64,000 nt of DNA from Dehalococcoidia bacterium. GTDB lineage: Bacteria; Chloroflexota; Dehalococcoidia; Lucifugimonadales; CBDEGW01. The notes under the pieces are model-generated. The model ran no database searches. It saw only the letters and a program-made list of their open reading frames with translations, and was not told the origin of the DNA. Below are positions 1-11,607 of this stretch, in pieces. The stretch's first letter is position 1. Each line of letters opens with the position of its first letter. A program made the translations under genes and the position numbers. Location of the stretch: NCBI GenBank assembly GCA_965237935.1, contig CBDEGW010000004.1, positions 861,340 through 925,339 of the forward strand, written 5' to 3'.

Positions 1-707
1 GGCGCCCCAGGTGAACTCATGATCAATCCTCAGGCTGCTTTTCCTACAAGGGCTCCAGGAGGGCCGGTGGAGACCTACAACGGGACCGGATTCATGAACT
101 CGGGCAACCTTTCCGAAGAGCCCGCCGGTCCAGGTGCACCACCCAACGATACCTTTTCCGTTGTCTTCGACACGCCCGGAGCTTATCAGTTTGTCTGTCT
201 GGTCCATCCCTTTATGACCGGCACAGTAGAGGTGGTTGATGTCACGGATACAGATGTGCCAACCCAAGCCGACATAGACGCCCGGGGGCAGGTGGAAATG
301 GCCCCGTTGCTGGCATTCACCGATGATATCCAAGGAGCGATAGCATCAGGTCAGGTAGTGGAACCTGAGACAGGCCCCAATGGAAGCGTCATATGGTTGG
401 TGCAGGCCGGAGTAGGTCCCCCTGAGGCTGAGGTATTAGATTTTCTAACCAAAGACCTGACCATACAGCAAGGGGACACAGTAGTATGGACAACCCGCTC
501 CTTCCACACAGTGACCTTCTCGCCAGGGCCGGAGCCCCCGGCCTTTATCATTCCTCAATTCCAGGACCAAGGCCCACCTCTGCTAACCATCAACAGTCAG
601 GTGGTGCTGCCGGCCAAACCCTCGGCCGAGTTTGACCCTACTCAGTTTTACAACTCGGGTCTTATAGGTGCCGCCGAGTCGCCGGGCGGCACAGGTTTCT
701 CCTTAAC

Positions 708-2411
708 CCCGAATCCACCGAAGGACGTCCTTGGGGACAGCCCTTGAAGAAGGCAGAGGGTGCTCCTCTGAATCTGGGATAATGGTTTTGGAACAGAAAC
801 CCGCCCGGAAACAAGGAGCACCCAATAGATGCTGCCACAGAACAAACCCGACCGTATCCGCATCCTCTTTGACGACCATCGCCTGGTGGCCAATGCCGGC
901 CTGCTCCTGCCGGCCACCCTAGCCCGGCACCTGGGCCTGCGGGAACTCGTCGACCATCACCTTGACCTCGGCGGAGCGCCGGGACGGGCGAACACTGGGG
1001 ACAAGATGCTGACGCTGGTCGCTTCCGCGCTGGCAGGCGGCGACTGCATCGACGACGCCGATGCGCTGCGCGCTGGTGGGACGGTCGGTGTTCTAGGCTG
1101 CGTGGTCAAGGCGCCATCCACCCTGGGGACCTTCCTGCGCAGCTTCCGGTGGGGGCATGTCCGTCAACTCGACCGCGTGAGCCGCCAGTTGTTGGCCCGG
1201 GCCTGGGCCGCTGGGGCCGGACCCGGCGACTCGCCCCTGACCATCGACCTGGACTCGACCATCTGCGAGACCTATGGACTGGCCAAGGAGGGAGCGCGCC
1301 ACCACGGCTATACCGGCGCCCGCGGCTATCACCCACTGCTGGCCATTGCCGCCGGCACCGGCGAAGTGCTGATGTCCCGGCTGCGCGAGGGCCGGGCCAA
1401 CACCGCCCGTGGCGCCGCCCACTTCCTGCGTGAGACGGTGGGGCGGGTGCGCTACGGCGGGGCCAGGGGACAACTCACGGTGCGGGCCGACAGCGGCTTC
1501 TACGCCCACACTGTCGTTGCCGCCTGCCGGGAAATGGATGTCCGCTTCTCTATCACCATCCGCCAGCGCGCCAGCCTGCGGGACCTGATCGAGGCGATAC
1601 CAGAGGAGGACTGGACTCCCATTCCCTACTGGATGGACGGTGCCGCCGATGTCGCCGAGACGACTTACACCCCGTTCCAGACCAAGCCGGACGCCGCGCC
1701 GGTGCGGCTCATTGTCCGGCGGGTGAAGCCGACGCCCGGTTCCCAGCTCGCCCTCTTCGCCAGATACAGCTATCACGCCTTCATCACCGACCGCGATGGG
1801 GAGACGCTGGAACTGGAGGCCGATCATCGCCGCCACGCCGAGGTCGAGAACGCCATACGCGACCTCAAGTACGGCGTCGGGCTGAACCACATGCCGTCGG
1901 CGCGCTTCGCCGCCAACGGCGCCTGGCTGGCGGTCCAGGTGATGGCGCATAACCTGGCCCGCTGGACGGCGCGGATTGGTCTGGGCGAGCGGACCGTGAT
2001 CACCAAGACCCTCAGGCGGCGGGTCTTCGCTCTGGTGGGACGGATCACCCGCTCGGCGCGCCGCCTCACTTTGCATCTCCCCCGGCGCTGGCCTTGGGAA
2101 ACCCAGTTCAGTCGCGCCTTGGCCCGGCTGCAAGCCATTCCGTTCCCGGCCTGACGGCCAGCCTGCAACTGACCCAACGTCCCCGCAATCTCGCGCCACC
2201 CCGGTCGCGAGAGTCCCCTGCTGCGTATCCTCTCGCCATCCCGCGCATCGCAACTCCCGCATAGGGCCTTAGGGGCCCTGTGCGGCGACTGAAGACCGTC
2301 CGCCGGCCTCCCATCTACCCCAAGACCCCAGGCCATCTCCCCTGTAGCTCCCTCACCCACCCCCTTCCGCTGTCCTCACGCCGTCCATCCGTGTCCTTCG
2401 GTGGATTCGGG
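708..2411 (+). mobile_element. IS1380-family insertion sequence, copy 1 (1,704 bp)
   Basis: Terminal inverted repeats CCCGAATCCACCGAAGGAC...GTCCTTCGGTGGATTCGGG. Flanking direct repeat CTTAA(C). One 441-aa DDE transposase ORF. The sequence recurs four more times in the window. Confidence 0.92.
829..2154 (+). CDS. IS1380-family DDE transposase (441 aa)
   Basis: The N-terminus ...FDDHRLVANAGLLLPATLARHLGL...GDCIDDADALRAGG...APSTLGTFLRSFRWGHVRQLD is the pattern I recognise from IS1380-family transposases. The protein is identical in all five copies. Confidence 0.9.
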   Translation: MLPQNKPDRIRILFDDHRLVANAGLLLPATLARHLGLRELVDHHLDLGGAPGRANTGDKMLTLVASALAGGDCIDDADALRAGGTVGVLGCVVKAPSTLGTFLRSFRWGHVRQLDRVSRQLLARAWAAGAGPGDSPLTIDLDSTICETYGLAKEGARHHGYTGARGYHPLLAIAAGTGEVLMSRLREGRANTARGAAHFLRETVGRVRYGGARGQLTVRADSGFYAHTVVAACREMDVRFSITIRQRASLRDLIEAIPEEDWTPIPYWMDGAADVAETTYTPFQTKPDAAPVRLIVRRVKPTPGSQLALFARYSYHAFITDRDGETLELEADHRRHAEVENAIRDLKYGVGLNHMPSARFAANGAWLAVQVMAHNLARWTARIGLGERTVITKTLRRRVFALVGRITRSARRLTLHLPRRWPWETQFSRALARLQAIPFPA

Positions 2412-4679
2412 CTTAACCTTCAACGAGACGGGTACCTTTAAGTACATCTGTGCCGTCCACTCTGAACTGGGTATGGAGGGATCCATTACGGTGGTACCGA
2501 ACTAGCCGTATCAAGAAAGGCCTGATCCAAGAGGGCGGCGTTGGAGAGCCGCCCTCTTGCTTATCTATAGCAGCCGGAGGCTGACCGTGCAAAGTTACGT
2601 AGCCCCCCCAAGGCGATAGACCTGTGACCGTTCCAGGCGTATTGATGAAGCTCACCGCACTGTTGCTCCTGGCCGCCCTGCTGGGTCTGGCAGCCTGCTC
2701 AGGTGACGAGAAGAATCAGGGGACCCCCGTAGAGGAGACTGCCTCTGAAGGCCCGGTTCATGACCATGAGCTGTATGGTCATGAACCGGAGGGCCATGAA
2801 GGGTCCGAGGGGTTCACTCTGGGGCCTGATACAGGGGAAGAGACGGTATATCCTGATGCCCTCTGCCCACCCCTCGCACCCACACGCGAATATGACGTCG
2901 CCTCTATAAACGTTGAGATCACCCTGAACCGCTTTCTAGACTACGACCCTAAGGGCCTTATGTACGTCCTGGAAAGGGACATAGAACGAGTGCGCCAGGA
3001 GGAGAATCAGAACAGGGAAGCACGCGCCGATATGGCGGAGCCCGCCGTCTCCCTGGGGCTTCAAGGCGACGCCATTCAGCCATTGATCTTAAGAGTGAAC
3101 CAGGGCGAATGCCTGCGAGTCACTCTACGAAATGCCCTGGATGACGAGCCAGCCAGTTTTCACTTGCATGGCTCCGGCCTTCACCTAGCGGATACCGGCA
3201 CCCCAGCTATCGCCACCAACCCTAAGGCCATCGCTCAGCCCGGTGCTACCGTTGCATACGAGTGGATGGTGGAAGAGAGCGAGGCAGAAGGGACACACTA
3301 CTTCCATAGTCACGGTGACGACCGTTTCCAGACCAGTCACGGCCTATTCGGAGCCATTATCGTGGAACCCGAGGATTCCCGGTACATAGACCCTCTAAGC
3401 GGTGACGAGCTACACAGTGGTTGGCAGGCCATCATTCAGAATCCTTACGGCAGCGACTTCCGTGAATTCGCCATCGTCTATCACGAGATAGGAAATGAGC
3501 GATATCGACATCTGGATAAAAATGGGCTGTTTGTTGTCCAGGTGGACCCCTTCACTGGCGCCTATCGGCCCGGAGACAGGACCTTGAACTACCGCAGCGA
3601 GCCCTTCATGAACCGTCTGAAGCTACAGAATGACACCTTCGAGCAGGTAGACCCCTCCTTGGCATCAGCTCATACACCTTTGGCGACCCGGCTACACCAA
3701 TCGCCAGGAGCTATCTAGGCGACCCGGTGAAGCAACGGGTGATACACGGTGGGTCCGAGGTCTTCCACGTGCACCACGTTCATGGCGGGGCCATCCGATG
3801 GCGACGCCAGCCGGATGTGGAGCTTACTTCCTTTGACAGCGGTTTTGACAAGCGGCCTCCTTTAATTCCTCAAGCTTCTGCACGAACAGACTCCCAGGCC
3901 ATCGGCCCCTCAGAGACCTATGACCTGGAGAACGAATGCGGCAGCGGGGGTTGCCAGGAGAGCGTGGGCGACTACCTGATCCACTGCCACGTGGCCCATC
4001 ATTACCTGGCCGGCATGTGGATGATCTGGAGGGTTTATAACACCCTCCAGAACGGCGACGTTTCCCAGGACACCCTATCACCTCTCTCTGAGCTCCCGGA
4101 CCTACAGAGTAACGTGAAGCCCGCAGTCACCTCACAAGAGCTAAAAGGAAGCACTGTGAACTGGAAGGGACTGACCTTCGACATCACGCAGGGGAATCTG
4201 GCACAGTGGGTCGAGCGTCAGCTACCTCCTCAAGGGCTTGCCAAGGGATATGACGCCTCCGTTTTAGACTGGCAGAGGGACGAAGACCTCTACCTGAATG
4301 AACCTGAAAGCGACCGGGTCTGGCCTGGCTATAGCTCTTCGACGCCGGGCATCAGACCTCCGCTGTATTTCAATCCCAATACCGGGAAGCTGGCCTACCC
4401 ATTTTTACGGCCTCATCTGGGGATAAGACCTCCTTTCGCACCCAATCACGGCCCTGCTCCTTTCTTGGACCCCATTCAAAAGGGACGGGACCCACCGCAA
4501 CCTGGGGAGAATGGGCGGTGGAGTCTCTGTCCCCGAGGGACAGAGTTAAAAGAGTAGGTCATCCACGCCATCGAGCTCCCCATAGCGCTTAATCAGAAGG
4601 CCAATATTCTGGACCCGGTAGGTCAGCTTTTCGTTTTGAAGGAAGAGGAAGGCGCTATCAGAGCCGACAACAACCTAAG

Positions 4680-6383
4680 CCCGAATCCACCGAAGGACAC
4701 GGATGGACGGCGTGAGGACAGCGGAAGGGGGTGGGTGAGGGAGCTACAGGGGAGATGGCCTGGGGTCTTGGGGTAGATGGGAGGCCGGCGGACGGTCTTC
4801 AGTCGCCGCACAGGGCCCCTAAGGCCCTATGCGGGAGTTGCGATGCGCGGGATGGCGAGAGGATACGCAGCAGGGGACTCTCGCGACCGGGGTGGCGCGA
4901 GATTGCGGGGACGTTGGGTCAGTTGCAGGCTGGCCGTCAGGCCGGGAACGGAATGGCTTGCAGCCGGGCCAAGGCGCGACTGAACTGGGTTTCCCAAGGC
5001 CAGCGCCGGGGGAGATGCAAAGTGAGGCGGCGCGCCGAGCGGGTGATCCGTCCCACCAGAGCGAAGACCCGCCGCCTGAGGGTCTTGGTGATCACGGTCC
5101 GCTCGCCCAGACCAATCCGCGCCGTCCAGCGGGCCAGGTTATGCGCCATCACCTGGACCGCCAGCCAGGCGCCGTTGGCGGCGAAGCGCGCCGACGGCAT
5201 GTGGTTCAGCCCGACGCCGTACTTGAGGTCGCGTATGGCGTTCTCGACCTCGGCGTGGCGGCGATGATCGGCCTCCAGTTCCAGCGTCTCCCCATCGCGG
5301 TCGGTGATGAAGGCGTGATAGCTGTATCTGGCGAAGAGGGCGAGCTGGGAACCGGGCGTCGGCTTCACCCGCCGGACAATGAGCCGCACCGGCGCGGCGT
5401 CCGGCTTGGTCTGGAACGGGGTGTAAGTCGTCTCGGCGACATCGGCGGCACCGTCCATCCAGTAGGGAATGGGAGTCCAGTCCTCCTCTGGTATCGCCTC
5501 GATCAGGTCCCGCAGGCTGGCGCGCTGGCGGATGGTGATAGAGAAGCGGACATCCATTTCCCGGCAGGCGGCAACGACAGTGTGGGCGTAGAAGCCGCTG
5601 TCGGCCCGCACCGTGAGTTGTCCCCTGGCCCCGCCGTAGCGCACCCGCCCCACCGTCTCACGCAGGAAGTGGGCGGCGCCACGGGCGGTGTTGGCCCGGC
5701 CCTCGCGCAGCCGGGACATCAGCACTTCGCCGGTGCCGGCGGCAATGGCCAGCAGTGGGTGATAGCCGCGGGCGCCGGTATAGCCGTGGTGGCGCGCTCC
5801 CTCCTTGGCCAGTCCATAGGTCTCGCAGATGGTCGAGTCCAGGTCGATGGTCAGGGGCGAGTCGCCGGGTCCGGCCCCAGCGGCCCAGGCCCGGGCCAAC
5901 AACTGGCGGCTCACGCGGTCGAGTTGACGGACATGCCCCCACCGGAAGCTGCGCAGGAAGGTCCCCAGGGTGGATGGCGCCTTGACCACGCAGCCTAGAA
6001 CACCGACCGTCCCACCAGCGCGCAGCGCATCGGCGTCGTCGATGCAGTCGCCGCCTGCCAGCGCGGAAGCGACCAGCGTCAGCATCTTGTCCCCAGTGTT
6101 CGCCCGTCCCGGCGCTCCGCCGAGGTCAAGGTGATGGTCGACGAGTTCCCGCAGGCCCAGGTGCCGGGCTAGGGTGGCCGGCAGGAGCAGGCCGGCATTG
6201 GCCACCAGGCGATGGTCGTCAAAGAGGATGCGGATACGGTCGGGTTTGTTCTGTGGCAGCATCTATTGGGTGCTCCTTGTTTCCGGGCGGGTTTCTGTTC
6301 CAAAACCATTATCCCAGATTCAGAGGAGCACCCTCTGCCTTCTTCAAGGGCTGTCCCCAAGGACGTCCTTCGGTGGATTCGGG
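4680..6383 (-). mobile_element. IS1380-family insertion sequence, copy 2
   Basis: Same 1,704-bp element in inverted orientation. Flanking direct repeat CTAAG (4675-4679 and 6384-6388). Confidence 0.92.
4937..6262 (-). CDS. IS1380-family DDE transposase
   Basis: 441-aa protein identical to the one at 829-2154. Confidence 0.9.
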   Translation of the reverse strand: MLPQNKPDRIRILFDDHRLVANAGLLLPATLARHLGLRELVDHHLDLGGAPGRANTGDKMLTLVASALAGGDCIDDADALRAGGTVGVLGCVVKAPSTLGTFLRSFRWGHVRQLDRVSRQLLARAWAAGAGPGDSPLTIDLDSTICETYGLAKEGARHHGYTGARGYHPLLAIAAGTGEVLMSRLREGRANTARGAAHFLRETVGRVRYGGARGQLTVRADSGFYAHTVVAACREMDVRFSITIRQRASLRDLIEAIPEEDWTPIPYWMDGAADVAETTYTPFQTKPDAAPVRLIVRRVKPTPGSQLALFARYSYHAFITDRDGETLELEADHRRHAEVENAIRDLKYGVGLNHMPSARFAANGAWLAVQVMAHNLARWTARIGLGERTVITKTLRRRVFALVGRITRSARRLTLHLPRRWPWETQFSRALARLQAIPFPA

Positions 6384-8945
6384 CTAAGAACACCTTTGGC
6401 GATACGGGCCAACGCCGGCGAGGAGTGTGTGGATGTCGTCTTTAAGAGCGAGCTGAAGGATACCCGCGAAATCGGCTTCTTCAGTAAGGTCAATATCCAT
6501 ATCCACTTCGTTCAGTTCGATATTCAGGGCAGCGACGGTGTGAATACGGGCTTCAACTATGAAACTTCAGTCCGCCCATTCACCGTGGAGGGGGAGAGCC
6601 TTGAGATAGACGCCGCTAAGGGCGCAGTAAGCGTGAGCCTTAGCAGTGCCCAACGCTTTCAGCCTGGGATTCTGGTAGGCGTGGGCATGGACCAGGATGA
6701 ATCCTTTGAGGTCAGGCGGATTCAATCGATAAACGGGGACATCCTTACTTTCAACGAGCCGTTGGAGTTCTCTCACGTCGAGGGTGAGATCGTGAGCACC
6801 GAATTTGTGCGTTACCGCTGGTATCCCGACGTTCAGTTCGGCACCGCCTACTTCCATGACCACGTCAACGCCCTCACATCCTGGAAGCACGGCCTCTTCG
6901 GCGCGCTAATCTCGGAGCCTCCGGGTTCGACTTACCACGACCCCCGTACCGGCGACGAGATCAGAAGTGGCTCGATAGTGGACATACATACGGATGCCAT
7001 AGTATCGACAGACGTCATAGGCAGCTTCCGGGAGTTGGTCCTGTTCATCCAGGACGGCAACCCGCTCACCAATGTCGGCAACTCCAGCGGGAGCTCCTTC
7101 AACCTGCGGGTAGAGCCCCTGGCGGCCCGCGGCGGCGATGCCTCCCTTCTTTTCAGCAGCCAGATTCACGGCGACCCAGAGACGCCTTTGCTGGAAGCCT
7201 ATCTGGGCGACCCCCTGGTAATCCGCGGCCTGGTGAGCGCCGCCAATGATGTCCACAGCCTCCACGTTGACGGCCACTGGTTCCGCCTGGAGCCCTACAG
7301 TGACACCTCGCCTCCCATCAGCACAGTCCATATCGGCATATCAGAACGGTACGATCTGGTGATGCCGAGGGCCGGCGGTCCTCAGGGGCTTCCAGGCGAC
7401 TACCTCTATTACAATGGGCGATCCTTCAAGCTCCAGGAAGGAAGCTGGGGCATCATCCGGGTCTACGGAAACAGGGCGGATGTTACATTAGAGAAACTAC
7501 CGGGTCATACGGCCATCCCACCGCTGGCATCTTCGGTTTGTGCCCCCAACGCACCGCTGAAAGAGTTTCATATTGCCGCAATCGAGATTCCTTTGCCTAT
7601 GCTCGGCGGCACAAGGGGCAAGCTCTACGTTCTCCAGGCCGATGTAGAATCGGTCCGGTTAGGCGCAAGGGCACCCGAGCCCCTGGTCCTCCATGTGAAC
7701 GTGGGTGACTGTATCAAAGTCCAACTCGACAACGAGACCGGAGGCCCGGTCTCCTTCCACGCCGATATGCTGGCTTCCGACCCCATGGACTCGCAGGGAG
7801 TCGCAGCCGGATTTAATCCGCCTCAGACGGTTGCCCCAGGTCAGAGCCGCACGTATACCTACTTCGCTCACCCAGAAATTGGGGAGACCACGGCCCTGGT
7901 GCGGGACTGGGGCAACGTAGTGGAAAATCCAGGAATTGGCCTCTACGGAGCCACCATCGTTGGCCCAAGGGGGACTTCATACACACATCCCATTACGGGA
8001 GAGGATATGTCCATGAAGGCCGGCTGGAGGGTAGATGTCCATCCTCCGTCGGGCACCAGCTATCGCGACTTTGCTGTGTTCTTTCAGGATGAGGACGCTA
8101 TAATCGGCACCCACCTTATGCCCTATAGTGAGCATGTGCAGGGAGTAGTGGGACTGAATTACGGCATGGAACCCCTCTTAGAGCGTCTCAGGAGGAACGC
8201 CGAGACGTCTAGCGTATTCAGGAGCTCCATCCACGGCGACCCGGCCACGCCAATCATGGAGGCATACGTTGGAGATTCGGTGCGCATAAATGTCCTCGTC
8301 CCCTTCAGCGAGCAGACCCAGGTCTTCAGTCTGGAGGGCCATCGGTGGCCCCTTGAGCCTGGTAGAGCAGGCAGTGATATTCTTAGCTCTATCCAGATTG
8401 CTGGGTTGGAGGCGGTGACTCTGATTCCAGCCCATGGGGCCGGAGGGGAATTAGGCCTGCCCGGAGATTACCTCTATGGCGATCATCGAGAGCCTTATCG
8501 TGAAGCCGGCCTCTGGGGGCTCTTTAGGGTACACGCTCTGGACTCCCTCGATGCAGAACTCCAGCCACTGCCTAACGGCTGAAGGCAACGATTTCTCTAA
8601 GCACATCAGATGGATTGTGGTCACCGTCTCATATCTGGAGTGGATTTGTCAAAAGGCCAGGTCCGGTAAATTCCATATATGACCCTCTAAGCGACCACCA
8701 ATACGGTTAAACCGCAGTTCAGGGAGAGTCCGATACCCCTCGCCGCCACTGAAAGTTTGGTGGCGTGATATTATGCGCCTAAGAAGGAAAACTACAGCGT
8801 CAGTCACTCTAATGGAAAAGACAGGCTGAAAGTTCTTGCTTTGATACAATCAGGTCCACCAGAATTCCCAGGAACACCGGCACCCTTAGGGCCATTGATT
8901 TTGAAGGTTTTGGTTTCTTGATGGCAGCAAAACGGAGGTCTAGAT

Positions 8946-9323
8946 ATGGACAACTCAGGCTACAATACGCTTTCTCCCGAAGAGCGGTCCGTAATTGAAG
9001 CAAAAGGGACCGAGCCCCCGTTTTCGGGTGAGTATGATGACTTCTATGAGGCTGGCACTTATGTATGTCGGCGATGCAATGCTGAACTGTATCGATCCGC
9101 CGACAAGTTCGACGCCCATTGCGGCTGGCCAGCCTTCGATAAAGAGATACCGGGATCGGTAATTCGCATACCTGACCCCGACGGCCAGCGAATAGAGATC
9201 GCTTGCGCCCATTGTGATGGTCACCTGGGGCATGTATTCATTGGAGAGCGCCTTACAGAAACAAACACTCGCCATTGCGTGAATTCGCTGTCGATGAAGT
9301 TCTTGAAATCGGAGCGGGATTAA
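8946..9323 (+). CDS. msrB: peptide-methionine (R)-S-oxide reductase MsrB
   Basis: Two CxxC zinc pairs (CRRCNAEL, CAHCDGHLGHVF) and the catalytic ...RHCVNS motif, typical of the SelR/MsrB family. 125 aa. Confidence 0.9.
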   Translation: MDNSGYNTLSPEERSVIEAKGTEPPFSGEYDDFYEAGTYVCRRCNAELYRSADKFDAHCGWPAFDKEIPGSVIRIPDPDGQRIEIACAHCDGHLGHVFIGERLTETNTRHCVNSLSMKFLKSERD

Positions 9324-9389
9324 TCATTACCCTGGAGAATACGCTGTAGCGTGGCTGCAGGCTTGGATTGAACCTAACAGCTATAAGTA

Positions 9390-9526
9390 GACTTTGCACA
9401 AATACTCAGGAGAGTGCAGAGAACCTAGGTTCTCTGCCAGGGAGTCTGAGGGGTGCCCCTCAGGAATTAGACATATCGGGTGGGTGGGAAAGAAAACGTC
9501 TGCTGTTGGACTTTAGATGCAAAGCC
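9390..9526 (-). mobile_element. MITE-like repeat, subfamily A, copy A1 (degenerate ends)
   Basis: Contains GACTTTGCACAAA...TTTAGATGCAAAGCC termini, the 22-bp perfect palindrome GCAGAGAACCTAGGTTCTCTGC and the CTGAGGGGTGCCCCTCAG hairpin. Flanking 9-mers match 6/9. Confidence 0.75.
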
Positions 9527-9609
9527 CTAGGAGTCCCAGAGGGGATTAAACAAATCCGCTTTCAACACTCTTTAAGTGGTTAGAGATCAATCTAACTGCA
9601 CAGGTCAAA

Positions 9610-11607
9610 ATGCTAAGTGCGTCCAACATCAGTAAGGCCTACGGAGACCGGGTTTTGTTCACTGGTCTCTCCTTCAACGTCGCGGCCGGAGAGCGCATTG
9701 CTCTCATAGGTCTCAACGGGTCCGGCAAGACCACCCTCCTGGACATTCTGGTTGGCGATATGTCTCCGGACACTGGGAGTATATCCAGGCATCGCAACGT
9801 CACTATTGACTATCTCAAGCAGGAGTACGATCGGTTTTCCGACAAAACCCTGCTTCAAGAGGTGCTGGAGGTACCTTCCGAGGAGGCCGCTCTTAGGGAC
9901 AGGATTGCTGCCACCCATGAGTCCCTTTCATCGGAGACCGGCCCAGGCAACCATGATGAGCTGTTACGACAACTCAGCCAGCTCGACATGGCGTTGGAGG
10001 CAGCTGGTGGAGGCTACAGGGAGCATGAGGCCAAGGCGATCCTCTCGGGCCTGGGCTTTAAGCAAAACGACTTCTTCAGACCCCTCGGCGAGTTCAGCGG
10101 CGGTTGGCTCATGCGCGCTGCACTGGGCAAGGTGCTTTTCAGGAAGCCGGATGTGTTGCTCTTGGACGAGCCAACCAATCACCTGGACCTTGACGCCAAC
10201 CTGTGGTTTGAGAAGTATCTGGCCTCCTTCCGTGGCGCGGTAGTCTTCACCTCTCACGACCGGGCTTTCCTGAACCAGGTAGCAACCGGTGTGCTGGCTA
10301 TTGAGCCAGACGAGGTGGTGTTCGCCAGGGGCGGCTATGACGACTACCTCATCGCCCGCGAGCGTTCCCTTCAGGTCAAACAGGCGGCCGCGGCTAGGCA
10401 AGAGCGCGAGGTCCAGAGGCAGATGCGCTTTGTCGAGCGCTTTCGCTACAAGGCCAGGAAGGCCAGCCAAGTCCAGAGCCGCTTGAAGCAGCTCGCGAAG
10501 GTACAGCGAATTCAGCTGCCCAGGGCAACCAAGAGGGTCCACTACTCCTTCCCGGAGCCGTCTCGCAGCGGCGCTGAGGCAATCTGTCTTACCAACGTGA
10601 GCAAGTCCTACGGCGATCACTCCGTCTACCGCGGTCTGAACCTGGTCCTGATGCGCGGTGACCGAGTCGCCCTGGTTGGACCCAATGGCTCCGGGAAAAC
10701 CACCTTGCTGAAGATCCTCGCGGGTGTCCTTCCCTTTGAGGAGGGTGAGCGGAAGACTGGCCACAACGTGATAACAGCCTACTACGCGCAGCATGTGCTG
10801 GAGCTCCTCAACCCAGGCAACACGCTCATCGAGGAGCTTCAGCAGACTGCACTCGAGGCGTCGGAGCAGAACCTGCGGCACATCCTCGGTGGCTTCTTGT
10901 TCAGCGGCGACGACATTCGCAAGCCCATATCCGTGTTGTCTGGTGGAGAAAAGGCGCGAGTGGCCCTGGCCAAGCTGCTCGTCCAACCAAGTAACCTGCT
11001 GCTCATGGACGAGCCAACCAACCACCTGGACATAGTCTCAAGGGAGATTCTCGCGGACGCCCTCAGCGACTATCGCGGCACCATCTGCCTCATAACCCAC
11101 GACCGCACTCTCATACGGCAACTCGCCAACAAAATCATTGAGATCGATAGCGGCCAACCCATGCTCTTCCCAGGCGACTACGACAGCTACCTGTATCGGA
11201 AACAGGTGGAAACCGCGCAGAGTAGCGCCCGTGTCGTTGCCAACGGAGTGGACCATGCCGTTTCGGAGCCAGACCCTGCCGGCAATCGCCCCGCGGGGAG
11301 ACGCTCCGGACGACCGCGAAGCGCCGAGGAGGAGCTGCGCCGTGTCCTCAGCAGAGAGGCTCGCAGGCTGGCCACGCGGATAAATGAAATCGATGCCACG
11401 CTGGTGGCTCTCGAAGCCCGGATTGCGCAGTTGGAGGCGTTGTTCTCTAGCCCGGACCAGTTTGAAGACGCGTCTCAACTGGCCACCTCCGGAGAGCAGT
11501 ACCGGGTGCTCAAGAGGGAGGCACAATTGCTCTTGGAGGAGTGGGAGAGGTTGTCGTTGGAGGCGGAGAGGATTGAAAGCCAGCTCGGGGAGCTCAATTC
11601 CCTATAG
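9610..11607 (+). CDS. ABC-F family ATPase (two ABC domains, no TM domain)
   Basis: Walker A motifs GLNGSGKTT and [12 protein letters not shown] signatures FSGGW and LSGGEKARV. Walker B motifs [11 protein letters not shown] and [12 protein letters not shown]-terminal coiled-coil tail. Confidence 0.9.
   Translation: MLSASNISKAYGDRVLFTGLSFNVAAGERIALIGLNGSGKTTLLDILVGDMSPDTGSISRHRNVTIDYLKQEYDRFSDKTLLQEVLEVPSEEAALRDRIAATHESLSSETGPGNHDELLRQLSQLDMALEAAGGGYREHEAKAILSGLGFKQNDFFRPLGEFSGGWLMRAALGKVLFRKPDVLLLDEPTNHLDLDANLWFEKYLASFRGAVVFTSHDRAFLNQVATGVLAIEPDEVVFARGGYDDYLIARERSLQVKQAAAARQEREVQRQMRFVERFRYKARKASQVQSRLKQLAKVQRIQLPRATKRVHYSFPEPSRSGAEAICLTNVSKSYGDHSVYRGLNLVLMRGDRVALVGPNGSGKTTLLKILAGVLPFEEGERKTGHNVITAYYAQHVLELLNPGNTLIEELQQTALEASEQNLRHILGGFLFSGDDIRKPISVLSGGEKARVALAKLLVQPSNLLLMDEPTNHLDIVSREILADALSDYRGTICLITHDRTLIRQLANKIIEIDSGQPMLFPGDYDSYLYRKQVETAQSSARVVANGVDHAVSEPDPAGNRPAGRRSGRPRSAEEELRRVLSREARRLATRINEIDATLVALEARIAQLEALFSSPDQFEDASQLATSGEQYRVLKREAQLLLEEWERLSLEAERIESQLGELNSL

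Larger units (their letters stand above)
1..2505 (+). pseudogene. two-domain cupredoxin (amicyanin/plastocyanin-like blue copper protein), 5' end off-window, split by IS1380-family copy 1
   Basis: The frame is open from nt 1. Domain 1 carries ...YQFVCLVHPFMTGTVEV (Cys-x2-His-x2-Met, type-1 Cu ligand pattern). Deleting nt 708-2411 plus one copy of the flanking CTTAAC rejoins the frame: ...TGFSL/TFNETGTFKYICAVHSELGMEGSITVVPN*. That is a second Cys-His-Met cupredoxin C-terminus, with stop TAG at 2503-2505. Confidence 0.8.
2624..8582 (+). pseudogene. very large (~1,400 aa) six-cupredoxin-domain multicopper oxidase lipoprotein, inactivated by a frameshift, a nonsense codon and IS1380-family copy 2
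   Basis: Lipoprotein signal MKLTALLLLAALLGLAAC (ATG 2645 is a likelier start than 2624). Cu-ligand motifs in the first half: HLHGSGLH, HYFHSHGD, HVHHVHGG, HCHVAHHYLAGMWM. Motifs in the second half: HIHFVQF, YFHDHVN, HSLHVDGHW. Three paralogous ...(H/F)GDPxTP...Y(L/V)GD modules indicate an internal duplication. Three lesions break the gene. (i) A net -1 frameshift near C-run 3652-3655. (ii) An in-frame TAG at 4555-4557. (iii) IS copy 2 at 4680-6383; the frame is restored by removing the IS plus one CTAAG. Confidence 0.85.

Noticed and set aside
1093-2360. Long antisense ORFs inside every IS1380 copy (389 aa and 178 aa, e.g. 1093-2262 and 1824-2360, repeated in all copies).
   Set aside because: They lie exactly opposite the transposase gene in a high-GC element, where stop-free antisense frames are expected. 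Their Arg/Gly/Pro-rich composition is non-protein-like. Their recurrence merely reflects the IS being repeated.
4555-4557. TAG in the multicopper oxidase as a pyrrolysine or otherwise recoded codon.
   Set aside because: There is no pyl gene context. The aligned paralogous position is an ordinary aromatic residue, the gene carries other lesions, and TAG is used as a normal stop elsewhere in the window (for example the cupredoxin and PTPS genes).
708-6383. IS1380 copies 1+2 (and 4+5) acting as a composite transposon that moved the intervening DNA.
   Set aside because: Each copy is flanked by its own matching target duplication, and the interrupted genes are restored by removing each IS individually. 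The copies therefore inserted independently.
9368-9583. Short ORFs translated across the MITE-like repeats (9368-9583, 31576-31848, 31580-31990, 25864-26115, 52075-52296, 49133-49411, 40759-41085), which give recurring peptides such as ...ESAENLGSLPGSLRGAP....
   Set aside because: The shared peptide is a by-product of translating the same palindromic DNA repeat. The frames and strands differ between copies, and the ORF boundaries track the repeats, not genes.
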